Positions 28,645 to 42,047 of a stretch of DNA of 64,000 nt are shown here, one piece after another. Within the stretch, counting starts at the first letter, position 1, and each line of letters starts with the position of its first letter. Position numbers and translations under genes: made by a program. The notes beneath the pieces were generated by a model that worked only from the letters and a program-made list of their open reading frames with translations, searched no databases and was not told where the DNA came from. The stretch is from the sequence record NC_019500.1; one strand, given 5' to 3'. Source of the stretch: Escherichia phage Bp7.

Positions 28645-30204
28645 TTAGATACCTTTAACATATACGCGACGGAAGTAACCATTCAGACCAAGGCTGTTAA
28701 CGATGTCAGGCATACCATTCTGGATACGTTTGGTAGGAGCCTGAGCAGCAGGGTCAGCGAACGGGTTGATACCGATACCGTAACGAGTTTTGAAGCCCAT
28801 TACCGGTTGGAAGTTCTTCGGATCGGAACCACGCAGCGGGGTCAGTGCAACGTACGGAGCATAGTAGATACCTGCGTCCATTTCGTTAGCGCCTTTATAA
28901 CCAATGGTGAAGTAATCGGAACGTGCATACTGGTCGATGTAAACGCGATATTTACCACCAAGAACACCGGCAAATACTGCTTTGGTTGTGTCAACGTTGA
29001 AACCTTGACCCAGACCTTGAGCTGCATAACTTACAGAAGTATCAACTGCAGCCAGTACGTTAACTACGTTACGGGAAGCGATGATGAAGTTACCAGCACC
29101 ACGACCGGTCTGACGAGCGATTTCCGCTGCTTCTTTATCAATCTGGAACAGAAGGGCTTTAAAGCTCTCACCGGCCCAACGAGCACCACGGATATCAATC
29201 GGGTCCTGGAAGTCAAACACACCAGCTTTAGCGCCGACGGTGTTAGTCATACCAGATTTACCAACCTGTGCAGAGTAGTTAATCCAATCGATAACTTCAC
29301 GGTTGATTTCGAGCATAATTTCGGTAGCAAGGATACCGGACAGTTCAGCATCTGCATCCATACCGTGTACTGCACGAAGGTCCTGTGCCAGTTCGATAGA
29401 GTAGCTTGCTTTCAGCTGACGGGATTTAGCTTCGATAACTTGTTTGTCGATGCGGAAGCCCATTTCGTTCCACGGGTTATCGGTAGAACCGTTAAAGCCT
29501 TCCTGAAGTTCAGCGATAGAAGTAGCCATACCTTCAGCCAATTCAGCCAACTTACCAGCTTCAATCAAAGCGGTAACAGCAGCATCCAGTTTAGCGGCAT
29601 CAGTAGCAGCAGCATCAACGGTTACAGCTTCAACAGCCTGGAAGTGTGCAGCACCGGTAGCTTCGAAGAAGTGGGAATAAATTTTACCAACTTCCAGAAC
29701 TTTGCTTGCAGCCAGTGCTTCGAAAGATTTAGCAGCACCCTGACCAGAGAACATAGCGTCCGGAGAATACATCGGATGGAAAGCTTCTTTAGCGCCAGCA
29801 GCGATAGGGTCTTTACCATAAACTGCACGAAGGGCAAATACCTGGCCGGTAGGGTTATTCAGAGGCTGAACACCACAAATGTCAAAAGCAATCAGATGAG
29901 GAATAGCACGACGAACCATACCCATTACTGCCGGCCCAATCTGAGTTACAGCACCAGAAGTCTGGCCAGCTGCGATATTGGTAGCATCATAACCGTGGTC
30001 ACCACCGATTTCAGCTTCGGTCAGGAAAGAACCAAATGCTTCAGAGATTTTTTCGTCACGATATTCCGGAGCAGTCAGGATGTCTTGTTCCTGGTTTTCG
30101 AAAATTTTAGCGATGATAGCTTGTTTAGAAGCACCAACGATTTCAGGAAGAGCTTCGTTTTCCAGCAGAGCGGACCATTTTTGAACTAATGCATTCTTTT
30201 TCAT
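28645..30204 (-). CDS. 23: major capsid protein
   Basis: 519 aa; long stretches identical to remembered T4 gp23. Confidence 0.97.
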   Translation of the reverse strand: MKKNALVQKWSALLENEALPEIVGASKQAIIAKIFENQEQDILTAPEYRDEKISEAFGSFLTEAEIGGDHGYDATNIAAGQTSGAVTQIGPAVMGMVRRAIPHLIAFDICGVQPLNNPTGQVFALRAVYGKDPIAAGAKEAFHPMYSPDAMFSGQGAAKSFEALAASKVLEVGKIYSHFFEATGAAHFQAVEAVTVDAAATDAAKLDAAVTALIEAGKLAELAEGMATSIAELQEGFNGSTDNPWNEMGFRIDKQVIEAKSRQLKASYSIELAQDLRAVHGMDADAELSGILATEIMLEINREVIDWINYSAQVGKSGMTNTVGAKAGVFDFQDPIDIRGARWAGESFKALLFQIDKEAAEIARQTGRGAGNFIIASRNVVNVLAAVDTSVSYAAQGLGQGFNVDTTKAVFAGVLGGKYRVYIDQYARSDYFTIGYKGANEMDAGIYYAPYVALTPLRGSDPKNFQPVMGFKTRYGIGINPFADPAAQAPTKRIQNGMPDIVNSLGLNGYFRRVYVKGI

Positions 30205-30225
30205 GTGTTGTATAACCTTATTAAA

Positions 30226-31041
30226 TTAAGAAATTCGTGATGCTGCGATTGCAGACAGGTCCGCGAAGGACAGGGTAGGCTTAGCGCCTTTTTCTTCAAC
30301 TGCTTCTGAAATGTAATTCAGTGCCGCAGCATCGTCTACATTTTTATTTATAGCGGCTTCGGTGATTGGGTTTTCAACGTCAGACTGACCTTTAACCATT
30401 TCAACAATAGCGCCAATTTTTTTACCGAATGCATCGGAATAATCCATGCCTTCTACCAGAGAACTAACTTTTTCTTTTTGAGATTCAGTCAGGTCTTTAG
30501 TTGCTTCCGTAACAGCAACTTCACGCTGCACGTAATTAATATACGCATCGCGCATACCAACTTCTTCGAACAGACGAGCGGTTTCATCTTTCTGCTCTTG
30601 GAGCTCTTCTTCCATTTCAGCAACAACATCTACTGCTTCTTCTGGAACAACCACATTGTGTTCAACAAACAGTTCTTTCATACCCATCAACATGGATTCG
30701 AACAGTTCGGCTTTAATACCTTTATCAACAGCCAGCTGGTTTTCAGCCATCCATTCTTTAGCAACGTGGTCAAGGAAACGACCGGCAGCTTCTTGGATTT
30801 TCTTATCGGCTTTTTCTTCAGCTTCTTCTTTATTTTTCTCGACTTCTTCTTCCGCTTTTTCAGCGATTTTAGCGATGTGAGATTCAGCCAGTTTCACGGC
30901 GTGTTGCTTGACGGTAGCTTCGAATACAGTGCCGAAAGTTTCTTTTGCTTCCGGAGAAATATTAACTGATTCGAAAATACTATCAAGAGCAACGGAAGCA
31001 TCAATATTCTGTGCTTCGGCGATCAGTTGTTCTTTAAGCAT
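30226..31041 (-). CDS. 22: prohead core scaffold protein
   Basis: 271 aa, acidic coiled-coil composition; synteny. Confidence 0.88.
   Translation of the reverse strand: MLKEQLIAEAQNIDASVALDSIFESVNISPEAKETFGTVFEATVKQHAVKLAESHIAKIAEKAEEEVEKNKEEAEEKADKKIQEAAGRFLDHVAKEWMAENQLAVDKGIKAELFESMLMGMKELFVEHNVVVPEEAVDVVAEMEEELQEQKDETARLFEEVGMRDAYINYVQREVAVTEATKDLTESQKEKVSSLVEGMDYSDAFGKKIGAIVEMVKGQSDVENPITEAAINKNVDDAAALNYISEAVEEKGAKPTLSFADLSAIAASRIS
30346..30353 (-). promoter_or_regulatory. late promoter TATAAATA for gene 23, inside the end of gene 22
   Basis: tatttata on plus strand. Confidence 0.4.
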
Positions 31042-31071
31042 TTTGTAGTCCTGTTGTTTAGATAATAATAT

Positions 31072-31707
31072 TTATAACGCTTTTTTCATGGCCTCTGCGA
31101 GAGCCATAAAGGCGTCATCGGCACTGGTATCGGTTTCTACCGTTTGTGATTCTGTAATTTGCTTTGGAGTTACATAAGCATCAGGAGCAGATGGTCCCCA
31201 TACTGCATCAACACCGACGGTTAATTTATAACCTTCGTTTACACGCTTATATCCTTTGTTGGTTTCGGTTAAAGAACCAAGACCGCGAGAACTAACACCA
31301 GGAACCCAGCCAGCTCGGATATTTGCAGCTAGTTTATCACCCGGGCCATGGTCACCTTCGATGATACGTGCACGTCCATAAACATCATTACCTTTCCACC
31401 ACATATCTTCAATAATGATAGCAGCTTGCATAGGGTCGACGTTAGCACGAGGTGGATGGTTTAATTCTCCTAAAGCTTGTTTAGTAGCAACTTGTTCTGC
31501 CATGTAATCGGCAACGGCTTTTTCCAAAATAGGTTTTGGGTAAAGGCGTTTATTACGGTTAACTACCTCTGCTTGCATGAAAATGCCTTCTATATAAAGG
31601 CCGGGAGCAAGACCAGAATTTTTTCCATCATGAGATTCCAGCATTGGAACCCCATCGATAATTTCACCTGGTTGTCCCCAATGTTCGATGAGCAATTCAG
31701 GTTTCAT
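31072..31707 (-). CDS. 21: prohead core protease
   Basis: 211 aa; synteny and size as T4 gp21. Confidence 0.9.
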   Translation of the reverse strand: MKPELLIEHWGQPGEIIDGVPMLESHDGKNSGLAPGLYIEGIFMQAEVVNRNKRLYPKPILEKAVADYMAEQVATKQALGELNHPPRANVDPMQAAIIIEDMWWKGNDVYGRARIIEGDHGPGDKLAANIRAGWVPGVSSRGLGSLTETNKGYKRVNEGYKLTVGVDAVWGPSAPDAYVTPKQITESQTVETDTSADDAFMALAEAMKKAL

Positions 31708-32135
31708 TAGTTAAGTCCAAAAGCTTTACGTTTAGAACGGGCTTTCTTACGCTTACGTTCGGCACGTACTTGAGTAGACGGATTAGCACGTTTGGTTTTA
31801 GATGCTTTACGAGCAATCTGACGGCGTTTTGCTTTAGATAAACCTGTCGTTTGGAACGCATTACGTTGACGGGTTTTAATATCTTTAGTACGAGTAAGCT
31901 CACCTTTAGAGGAAACGTGTTTAACGATAAATTCGTTAAGAGCCATTGATTCATTTAAAGAACCAAGAGCGATAGCACATTCGATATCGCCTTCAGCAAT
32001 CATGTTCTCTACAAGATTATTTATATCGCTTTTCTCGAGCGCTTCAGAAAGAGCAGCAAAACGTCCCTGTGCTTCTGGAATTTTGGCCTCTACGCTTTCT
32101 AGAGTTAATTCGTAATCATCAGGGATAAGGAACAT
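31707..32135 (-). CDS. 68: prohead core protein
   Basis: 142 aa; basic C-terminus; synteny. Confidence 0.8.
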   Translation of the reverse strand: MFLIPDDYELTLESVEAKIPEAQGRFAALSEALEKSDINNLVENMIAEGDIECAIALGSLNESMALNEFIVKHVSSKGELTRTKDIKTRQRNAFQTTGLSKAKRRQIARKASKTKRANPSTQVRAERKRKKARSKRKAFGLN

Positions 32136-32380
32136 TATTCGTCGTCCTCGTCATCATCCGCATCGTCAGATTCTTTTTTGTCTTTCTTATCTGCTTTATC
32201 GGATTTTTCGTCGTCTTCGTCATCTTCGTCAGCTTCTTCGCCTTCAATCATAACGGAGCGAGCAATTTCTGCTTTACGGGCTTCAATCAAAGCGGTTACT
32301 CGAGATTCGATAAGCGGGGCTGCTGCTTTACGAACTGCTACGAGGTCGTTTGATTTAATAGCTTCGATTAAATCTTCCAT
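32135..32380 (-). CDS. 67: prohead core protein
   Basis: 81 aa, acidic tail; synteny. Confidence 0.8.
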   Translation of the reverse strand: MEDLIEAIKSNDLVAVRKAAAPLIESRVTALIEARKAEIARSVMIEGEEADEDDEDDEKSDKADKKDKKESDDADDDEDDE

Positions 32381-33953
32381 TAGAAATCCTCTTCTTCTTC
32401 ATCTGGGTTTTGGAAACGAGCCTCTTTAGACTCTTCTTCAATTTGCTTAGCTTCTTGATTAATTTCTTCGTCGGTCATTTGGAGGAAATCTTTCATAGCC
32501 GTTTGATGTGAAATGTACTTACCAATAAATGGTTCAGCCATCGTTAGCATATTGATTCTGCGTTCCATGATTTCAGCATCTTTCATTTCACTGAAATAGC
32601 TATCACGGTTAAACGTAACTTTAATATTATTTATTTCCTTTTCCCACTCATCTTCTGTAATAATCTTTTTAAGAATGAGGTTTGTTTTTAACGGGTCTAG
32701 GAAAATTTCTTCAAATTTGTTTTGTAGTTGACGAATCCATTTAGAGAATTTTAATTCGTCACGAGTGATTGCTGTACCGGCATCAAACATAACACCAGAA
32801 TTAGACTCGCTAGGGATACGTGATTCAGGAACACGCAACGCACGGTAAAGTGCTGTGCGGAAATAAAGAACGTCATCCATATCACTCATACCAGTAGCAC
32901 CTGGCATTGTATCAACTTCTGTTACCGCTTTACCATCACGACGTTGCAACCAATAGTCTTCAGTCATGGACATATTGTGTTGTTGGTTTTTAATTTTACC
33001 TGTCGAAGCATCATACACCACACGGTTTTTCATCGTGTTCATGATATGTTGCATTTGTGCTGCAGCCTTACGTGAAGGCATATTACCTGTATCGATATAA
33101 AACACACGACGGTCAGGAGCACGTGTAATACGGTAGATGACCATTGCGTCTTCCATCAATTTAAGCTGGTTTGCAGGCTTAATAGCACGTTGCAAATAGC
33201 CAATGATGTTTTTACCACAACAATCTAATAATCCAGAATGAGCATAAACCACTGCAGCACGAGGAATTTTAACTTTAGTCCCGGCTGAATAAATGCGTCC
33301 ATCTGCGCAATAGCTTTCATGACCTGTGTCGTAAACGAAAAACTCGCGATATCCGTCTACAACTTTAACGCCATCTTCCATACGTGTAACGATTTCACGA
33401 ATATATTGGACTTGGCGTGGGTCTAAGCGACGAAGCTCTTGTACGCCATCTTTCATTTTTTTAGGGTTTATAATTTTATGAAAGAAAATTCTTGAGTCTA
33501 CATACCAGCGTTGGAAATGGTCAGTGCCTTTACGTTGGAAATTTAAAAGGTTTAAAACTTCACTGAATTCGGCCAAGATTTTATCTTTAATTGCTTGACT
33601 AAATTCTGTCCCGTCTAAATTCAATGCAACTACTTCTTTATCATCTCATAGACAATAGCGTCAGACACAATTTCCTGTACGGCGTTGTCGACTTCATAGT
33701 TGTTCATTAAATTACGGTAGGTATCAATAAGTTCCCTGGTATTTTTAACTTCAGGCTCATTACTACCAAACATCTGTTGCATAAGAGCATTATAAGGAAT
33801 ATTTTGCTCTTGTGTCTCAATTTCGCGAGCGCCATCATCAAGCTTAGGTGCGGTGACAGACTCTAAATTGTTATTAATTTGTTGTTTGAATTCTTTTTCG
33901 TCTTCATTAGCCCATGGCTTAAGAAAACTTAATATTGTATTAAAGTTTGCCAT
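32380..33953 (-). CDS. 20: portal vertex protein with apparent single-base deletion near 33642-33647
   Basis: N-terminal 107 aa and C-terminal 414 aa lie in adjacent frames and together align to T4 gp20 (about 524 aa). Confidence 0.88.
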
Positions 33954-34002
33954 TAGAGTCTCCGATGAATGGGATAAGGAGCCGAAGCTCCTTGATAATT
34001 CT

Positions 34003-34010
34003 ATTTATAC
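34003..34010 (-). promoter_or_regulatory. late promoter TATAAATA upstream of gene 20, followed by leader hairpin
   Basis: ctatttatac plus strand; hairpin AGGAGCCGAAGCTCCT at 33976-33993. Confidence 0.45.
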
Positions 34011-34592
34011 TCATTCATTTTCATGTTTGTGATAACGTGTTATAGCCGAACGAGTTGATTCAACACCACAGATAGGGCAAATCATCCTTGGCTGATTAAT
34101 CTTTTTGCCTTTAGCCGGATGTTCTTTACCAAACATCGGATTACCTTCACCAGACATAGCTTTGGCTTGGTCTGGTCGCTTACGTCCTTTTAGAGCTTTA
34201 GAATGTTCAGGCCTCTTTTTACCTAACCTACAATCTCTTTGTAGCTGTTTGGCATGTTCACTCATTGGAATCCCTTTACGAGACATTCCAAAGAACCCGT
34301 CAGGCTGAGCTAATGACATATTTATATAGTTTTTAGATTTAACTACATTATACTTTATTTGAAGCTCTTTCTCAGCTATACGAGCTTCTTTATCGGTTTC
34401 AAATAAAGATAAAATTCTGGTTTTGAAAAGGTGCGGATTTTCTTTACGTTCTAGATTCCAAATCTTTTTATATGCTTGGGATAATACAGAACCATTATAT
34501 CCTTCTTTGAGAATCCTTTCAACGTATGTTGAGCCAATATAACGACGGGGTAGTTTAGACCCCGTGTATATGGTTAAGTAAGTACAATACAT
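34011..34592 (-). CDS. GIY-YIG (Seg-like) homing endonuclease
   Basis: N-terminal YLTIYTGSKLPRRYIGST, basic C-terminal DNA-binding region; intergenic between 20 and 19. Confidence 0.6.
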   Translation of the reverse strand: MYCTYLTIYTGSKLPRRYIGSTYVERILKEGYNGSVLSQAYKKIWNLERKENPHLFKTRILSLFETDKEARIAEKELQIKYNVVKSKNYINMSLAQPDGFFGMSRKGIPMSEHAKQLQRDCRLGKKRPEHSKALKGRKRPDQAKAMSGEGNPMFGKEHPAKGKKINQPRMICPICGVESTRSAITRYHKHENE

Positions 34593-34659
34593 TCTAAACT
34601 CCTTGACTTCATTGTTTGAATGTATTTATACTATCATAATTTGCTATAAAAGTAAAAAC

Positions 34660-35151
34660 TTATTCCCACCAGTCAATAGCAAATGTGCTTTCAAATGTTT
34701 CTACCTCGTTATTCGAGTCCCAGTCCATCTGGACTTCACCAACGTTAGTAGGCCATAAGCCGTAAATTGTAACTTCTTTGGTCACAGTCTTGCCGTCACG
34801 ATGGAACTGGCGAACTACTGCTTGTTTCTTATATTCTGCAGGTGCTGCACCGGTAATTTCATTGGTCATACCGTGACAGAGATTCTGCCAATCGACAATT
34901 GCTTGACGGGTGTCATGTGCATCATCGTTATAAATGGTAATTGTCCAATCATCAAACGTACGGTCACCAGCTACGTTAATTTTACGGTTCATGTAGCCAA
35001 CCGGTACTTTTTCTACAATGCCTGCCGGCATAGGGGCTGCTTTACATTTAAAGCTAAAGTTTTTACCGAGAAATGGAATTTCCACTTCGAAAAGGTTAGG
35101 GCGTGCAAAGTCACCTGACTCGAAGGCCCTAGTGATATCGGTCAACTCCAT
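34660..35151 (-). CDS. 19: tail tube protein
   Basis: 163 aa; matches remembered T4 gp19 (RAFESGDFARPNLF). Confidence 0.95.
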   Translation of the reverse strand: MELTDITRAFESGDFARPNLFEVEIPFLGKNFSFKCKAAPMPAGIVEKVPVGYMNRKINVAGDRTFDDWTITIYNDDAHDTRQAIVDWQNLCHGMTNEITGAAPAEYKKQAVVRQFHRDGKTVTKEVTIYGLWPTNVGEVQMDWDSNNEVETFESTFAIDWWE

Positions 35152-35188
35152 TGGCGACCTCCATCTAAGTTAAATTCTTGATAAGTTT

Positions 35189-35860
35189 TCATGATAGTTT
35201 TCCATTTGGTTGTTTTGATTCAATCATATTTATAAGAGTTTTTAAGCTCATCCCACAGCCATCTGATTTGGAAAGATTTTCTTCCCACGGAATAATTTGC
35301 AAGTTACAAATATGGCCTATATGTTCTGCGGGTATTTTATTATCATAACCAAATTTCTTAGATATTATATGGTCTAATTGATAAGCACCTTTGACTCCGC
35401 ACTTGCCTATTTTAGTAAAATTCTTCATTTTACTTATTTCATTTCTATATTTATACTGATGACGCTTGACATCCATACAATATTTATGATATTTTTTCTT
35501 ATCAATCCAGTGTTCTTTAGATTTGAGACCTTTACCTGTTCTATTTTTGGAAATTTTAGGCCCTTTGGTTTTACGGATTTTTATGCCTTCATCAGAATTC
35601 CAATATTCTTTTCTTGTTTCTGAATAGACTTCCCAGCGATGTTCTTTACAGAACTTAGAATTTGTTTCATTAAGACGTCCTTTTGTTACAGTATAATAAG
35701 TGCCACATTTATCACATTTACATGTAACAGCAATTTTTCCAGGACAATCTTCTAATTTTATTAAATGAGAGCTTCCACTTTTAACTTGATATCCGAGATT
35801 TTTAAAAGCAGAAACATTGCGATTCGTTATAGGTATTTCAAATAGAGTATTAGTAATCAT
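35189..35860 (-). CDS. HNH homing endonuclease with N-terminal Cys cluster
   Basis: QLDHIISKKFGYDNKIPAEHIGHICNLQIIPWEENLSKS; late-promoter-like TATAAATA at 35866-35873. Confidence 0.75.
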   Translation of the reverse strand: MITNTLFEIPITNRNVSAFKNLGYQVKSGSSHLIKLEDCPGKIAVTCKCDKCGTYYTVTKGRLNETNSKFCKEHRWEVYSETRKEYWNSDEGIKIRKTKGPKISKNRTGKGLKSKEHWIDKKKYHKYCMDVKRHQYKYRNEISKMKNFTKIGKCGVKGAYQLDHIISKKFGYDNKIPAEHIGHICNLQIIPWEENLSKSDGCGMSLKTLINMIESKQPNGKLS

Positions 35861-36041
35861 ACTTATATTTATATACCAGAAAGTCGCAGGATTGAGCCTG
35901 CGACGTTTTTAGTTATACAGTTGATAAATCATATTCCTAAAGAATAATCAACCCCAGGCGCAATTCTGCGTGATGTACGCTGTAACCAAACTCATGGTAT
36001 AATGGTTTTAGGTTCTTTATATTACAGCCTGGGATAATAGA

Positions 36042-38024
36042 TTATACTAAAGGTCCAATCAATTCATCAAAGTCAGCACCAGTGCTCGTCGCGACGAAAT
36101 TCAATGTAATATAGTTAATACTGCGAGCAGGTTTAACATAGATATTAGCAATAAACTCGTTACGGTCGATAACCGCAGGGGTGTTCACTGTAGTATCACA
36201 AACCACACGTCCTTCATAAATCCCACCAAGTGCCTTAATACCATCTAAGTACTGAGAAACTTCCATACGGAAGCTTGAACGAGTGAAGTTGTCGTTCAAT
36301 TCAAACAGTTTATATTTAGAGGCATCACCGATATTTTTCTTAAGCATGTTGAACAGACGGCGAACGTTAATGTGGTCCATCGGAGATGGAACTTTGGTTG
36401 CAGTCTTATCACCAAACAATACGAAACCATCGCCACCAGCAAAACCAACAACCGGGTTAATAGCTTCTTGGTACATGCGGTCACGTTGAGCTTGGCGCGG
36501 TTCAATTGCCAATTTCAGAACGTTAAGAATCTGGCCACGGTTATAACCTGCCGGAGACATCCAAGGCTGAGAAACATCATCAGTACGTGCACACAAACCA
36601 GCCATATCAGCGGCCAGAGGCACCCAACGGTTTACGTCATTATATTTGTCATACTGATATTTATAGTTACCATCAATAGCAGCATAAGTGGTGCTAATGT
36701 TCATGTTGTTGGCATCGAAAGTACCTGCACCGGTACGCCAGTCGATAAGATTATCTACTGCACGAGTCAATGGAACGTTAACCAACAGTCCTTTAGGAGG
36801 AGAAATAAATGCCAAGCAATCCTGACGTTCATCAGCAATACTAACAACGTGTTTCTGGACTGTAGAAGCAACTTCATCACCTTCACCAGCAACAGCACCA
36901 GCAATCAAAAGGTTAATATGGAGTGCTTCACGGTCGGCAAACAAATCCCAACCCTGCATCAAATCACCTGCAGTAACCTGGTCGTTAGCAGATACACCAC
37001 CCATAAGATTGATGATACCACTAAAACCGGCCGGCCAGTTCAGAGAGGTAGCGAAGATATAGTTAGAAGTACCTTTAGCGAAATAGTCGTCAAGATAAAT
37101 GTTATTACCGTAAACGTCTTTTTCACCTTCTTTGGTAGAAAGTACGACAGATTCTACGATAGCGCCGTCACGACGAACAATAATCGCGTATTGGTCATCT
37201 GTTTGTGGGCCGTAATTAAATACCGCCTTGGCAATAGAAGCACGAGTACCGCCATTTGGATAAATATCCAACATTTTAGTAGAACCAGCGTCATAAGCCG
37301 CTTTAGAAACAATTTCAACTTCCAGAGTACTACCAATTTCACCAGGATAAAGGGCGACCACACCAGGCATACCAAACTGTTTAAGAGATGCTTGGAATTC
37401 CAGGGAAGTAATAACTTCTTCACTGTTCTCTGCTTCAGTCAACAGAATACCGGAATCGGTTACAATTTTACCGACAGTAATAGTACCAGAAACACCGGAA
37501 GAGGCAGAAGTAACTTCAGCAGTCCACGCAGGGCCTAGGTTCGGATACTGGTTAACAGAACGAGCATAAGAAATAATCTTGCCGGTAGGAATAAACACTG
37601 ATAGAATTTTACCGTCTGTATCGACCGAAGTTACACGACCTTCAGATTCAACAACAGTCTGGTTATATTTGATATTAATTTTATCACCTACCGCATAGTT
37701 AGAACCTGCAGTAGTAATAGTGGTTTGGACGTTACCTGCTACCGGAGACGCGTTTTTAGCGAATTCACGGTTAACAACACGAACAGTACGAAGGTCGTTA
37801 CCATACTGGAGGAAGTTCATACCCGACATGAAGTAATCAGCAACTTCGTTATTAGGACCTCCAAATAAGTCGACCAGTTCAACTTCATTAGTAATCTGAG
37901 TTACCTGGAAAGCAGGGCCCCACTGGAATTTACCAACCAGCGCTGCACGACCCGTTGCGTTACGAACGACAGTACTCTGTACGGACGTTTCTTTGAGCTC
38001 AATGCCCGGTGATAATAAAGACAT
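36042..38024 (-). CDS. 18: contractile tail sheath protein
   Basis: 660 aa; MSLLSPGIELKETSVQSTVV as T4 gp18. Confidence 0.97.
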   Translation of the reverse strand: MSLLSPGIELKETSVQSTVVRNATGRAALVGKFQWGPAFQVTQITNEVELVDLFGGPNNEVADYFMSGMNFLQYGNDLRTVRVVNREFAKNASPVAGNVQTTITTAGSNYAVGDKINIKYNQTVVESEGRVTSVDTDGKILSVFIPTGKIISYARSVNQYPNLGPAWTAEVTSASSGVSGTITVGKIVTDSGILLTEAENSEEVITSLEFQASLKQFGMPGVVALYPGEIGSTLEVEIVSKAAYDAGSTKMLDIYPNGGTRASIAKAVFNYGPQTDDQYAIIVRRDGAIVESVVLSTKEGEKDVYGNNIYLDDYFAKGTSNYIFATSLNWPAGFSGIINLMGGVSANDQVTAGDLMQGWDLFADREALHINLLIAGAVAGEGDEVASTVQKHVVSIADERQDCLAFISPPKGLLVNVPLTRAVDNLIDWRTGAGTFDANNMNISTTYAAIDGNYKYQYDKYNDVNRWVPLAADMAGLCARTDDVSQPWMSPAGYNRGQILNVLKLAIEPRQAQRDRMYQEAINPVVGFAGGDGFVLFGDKTATKVPSPMDHINVRRLFNMLKKNIGDASKYKLFELNDNFTRSSFRMEVSQYLDGIKALGGIYEGRVVCDTTVNTPAVIDRNEFIANIYVKPARSINYITLNFVATSTGADFDELIGPLV

Positions 38025-38056
38025 TTTGAATCCTCTTGGTTATGCTTTATTGTTAT

Positions 38057-40363
<2,307 letters not shown>

Positions 40364-40367
<4 letters not shown>

Positions 40368-41185
40368 GGGTTTCTCCTTGGTGCTGGAGGCGCCGGCTCG
40401 ACAGGCACTGGAATATCTTGTGAATATGTTTGAACGGAACTTCCATCCCATTCTTTTTCTTCTACACCTCTAGGAACCACTTCGCTATCAACCGATTCGA
40501 AATTACCTTCAGGAGCGAGTTCCTTTGAGTTGGCAAAGAAATCAAGATAAATGGTTTTAATTTCGCCTTCCATTTCCTTCACAGGAGGATATAACCAACC
40601 ATTAACCTCAAACATCATAGACCACTCTAAGCGACGTCTAGAAGTGGTATCACCTTCTAATTGTTCATCCATTGCTATAGATTGGAACACAATACGGATA
40701 TCACGGTCAAATTTAATTTCGTTTGTATAGAGTTCAGTGATAGTTGTATTGAAGTGAGGTTGGAAATAAGGCATAATCTGTTCTACAATTTGGAACATAT
40801 CATCTTGGGTTCTAGTGTAAATACCCAGTTCGAAAATCATTTTAACCGGAGTAGGAGAATATTGGCTGACACGCTTACGTGGGTCGCCATTCTCAAATTG
40901 AATTTGTGTTCTGTTTTGAAGGGCTGTTTTATATTGTGAGTTGTAAAGCATATCAACCATTTGGAGGTTCATACGCGGAAGAACTGTTTCCACTTTAGCT
41001 TTTTGTTCGGCCCGTTCTTTAGCTGTCATATTAGGATTTGGAATATTCTGTACTGCCGTCCATTTACCCAAATTTGCCATAAATCTTTCTTTAGAAGCAT
41101 ACGTAATAGGAACCTTAATAAATTTAAGTCCTGTATCTTCTCTTTGGCGCGCTACTTGGACATGGGAAAATAAATCACCCATCAA
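40364..41185 (-). CDS. 15: tail sheath stabiliser / tail completion protein
   Basis: 273 aa; synteny. Confidence 0.88.
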
Positions 41186-41271
41186 AACAATGTAGCGACG
41201 CAGCGATGAATTGTACCAGTGGCCAAAAATAAATCACCTCTCAAAATGGCGCACCATGCGCCATGTATTAT

Positions 41272-42045
41272 TTAATCATCTAAAAAAGCATCATCAAATG
41301 CTGTAGGAGGAGCATCCTCTCCTCGTCCATTAATTACAACATAAGGATGTACGAATTCCGCCGCTTCAGCATTAATCTCATTGACCTCTTCATATTGAAT
41401 GTCGGAGATATCAGCCAATCCGTCGATATTCTTAACAGGCATTAAATCAAGCTCACTAAACTCAGGGATATTAATACCTTCATTTCTCTGTAATTCAGGG
41501 CGAAGTTCTTCACCATTGTAAATGAACTTGGTAGCGGTGATGCGCCGCTGGACGTTAGCTCCTACTTGATAGAATGGGTCGTAAGGTTGTACCCAGTTAA
41601 TTTCGAATAGGCTGTTGTCCATTGGGAAATAAATCAAATCACCTGAAACAGGTTCAGTGCCATTGCATTGATGTTTAAAAAGGTTAGGGTTAATTGTGAT
41701 TGTTACTTCGTCATTAACCATCATACCGAACTTACTGAAATAAGTATTGTCACCGGAATAACCTTCAAAGGAATCCAAATAACCTGCAAATTTCCAGGCT
41801 TTAGTAAATTTGTTCTGAAGGTCTTCGCCAAATAGCTGGTCTGGATTAACGTATTCACGTGGTATATAATAAAGCTCAATACCACGCATTTGAATAGACT
41901 CAGCAACTAAAGCATCAGCCAATGTTTGGGTATTCTCATGCTTGTAGAAGTTGACGAACGGATTCATTATTTCAGTTTCGTTCGTGTTAGCATAGCCAGT
42001 ATTATTTTCCAGCTTGGCAAATAAACTCGAATCGAAAGTAGCCAT
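41272..42045 (-). CDS. 14: neck protein
   Basis: 257 aa; synteny. Confidence 0.88.
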   Translation of the reverse strand: MATFDSSLFAKLENNTGYANTNETEIMNPFVNFYKHENTQTLADALVAESIQMRGIELYYIPREYVNPDQLFGEDLQNKFTKAWKFAGYLDSFEGYSGDNTYFSKFGMMVNDEVTITINPNLFKHQCNGTEPVSGDLIYFPMDNSLFEINWVQPYDPFYQVGANVQRRITATKFIYNGEELRPELQRNEGINIPEFSELDLMPVKNIDGLADISDIQYEEVNEINAEAAEFVHPYVVINGRGEDAPPTAFDDAFLDD

Positions 42046-42047
42046 AA

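Noticed and set aside
28807-30189. 460-aa plus-strand ORF
   Set aside because: Antisense to major capsid gene 23; Phe/Ser/Thr-rich nonsense-like sequence, a shadow ORF
30478-30969. 163-aa plus-strand ORF rich in Phe
   Set aside because: Antisense to scaffold gene 22, whose GAA/AAA-rich codons give TTT/TTC on the opposite strand
36372-37538. 388-aa plus-strand ORF
   Set aside because: Antisense to the tail sheath gene 18; low-complexity translation, a shadow ORF of a strongly conserved coding region
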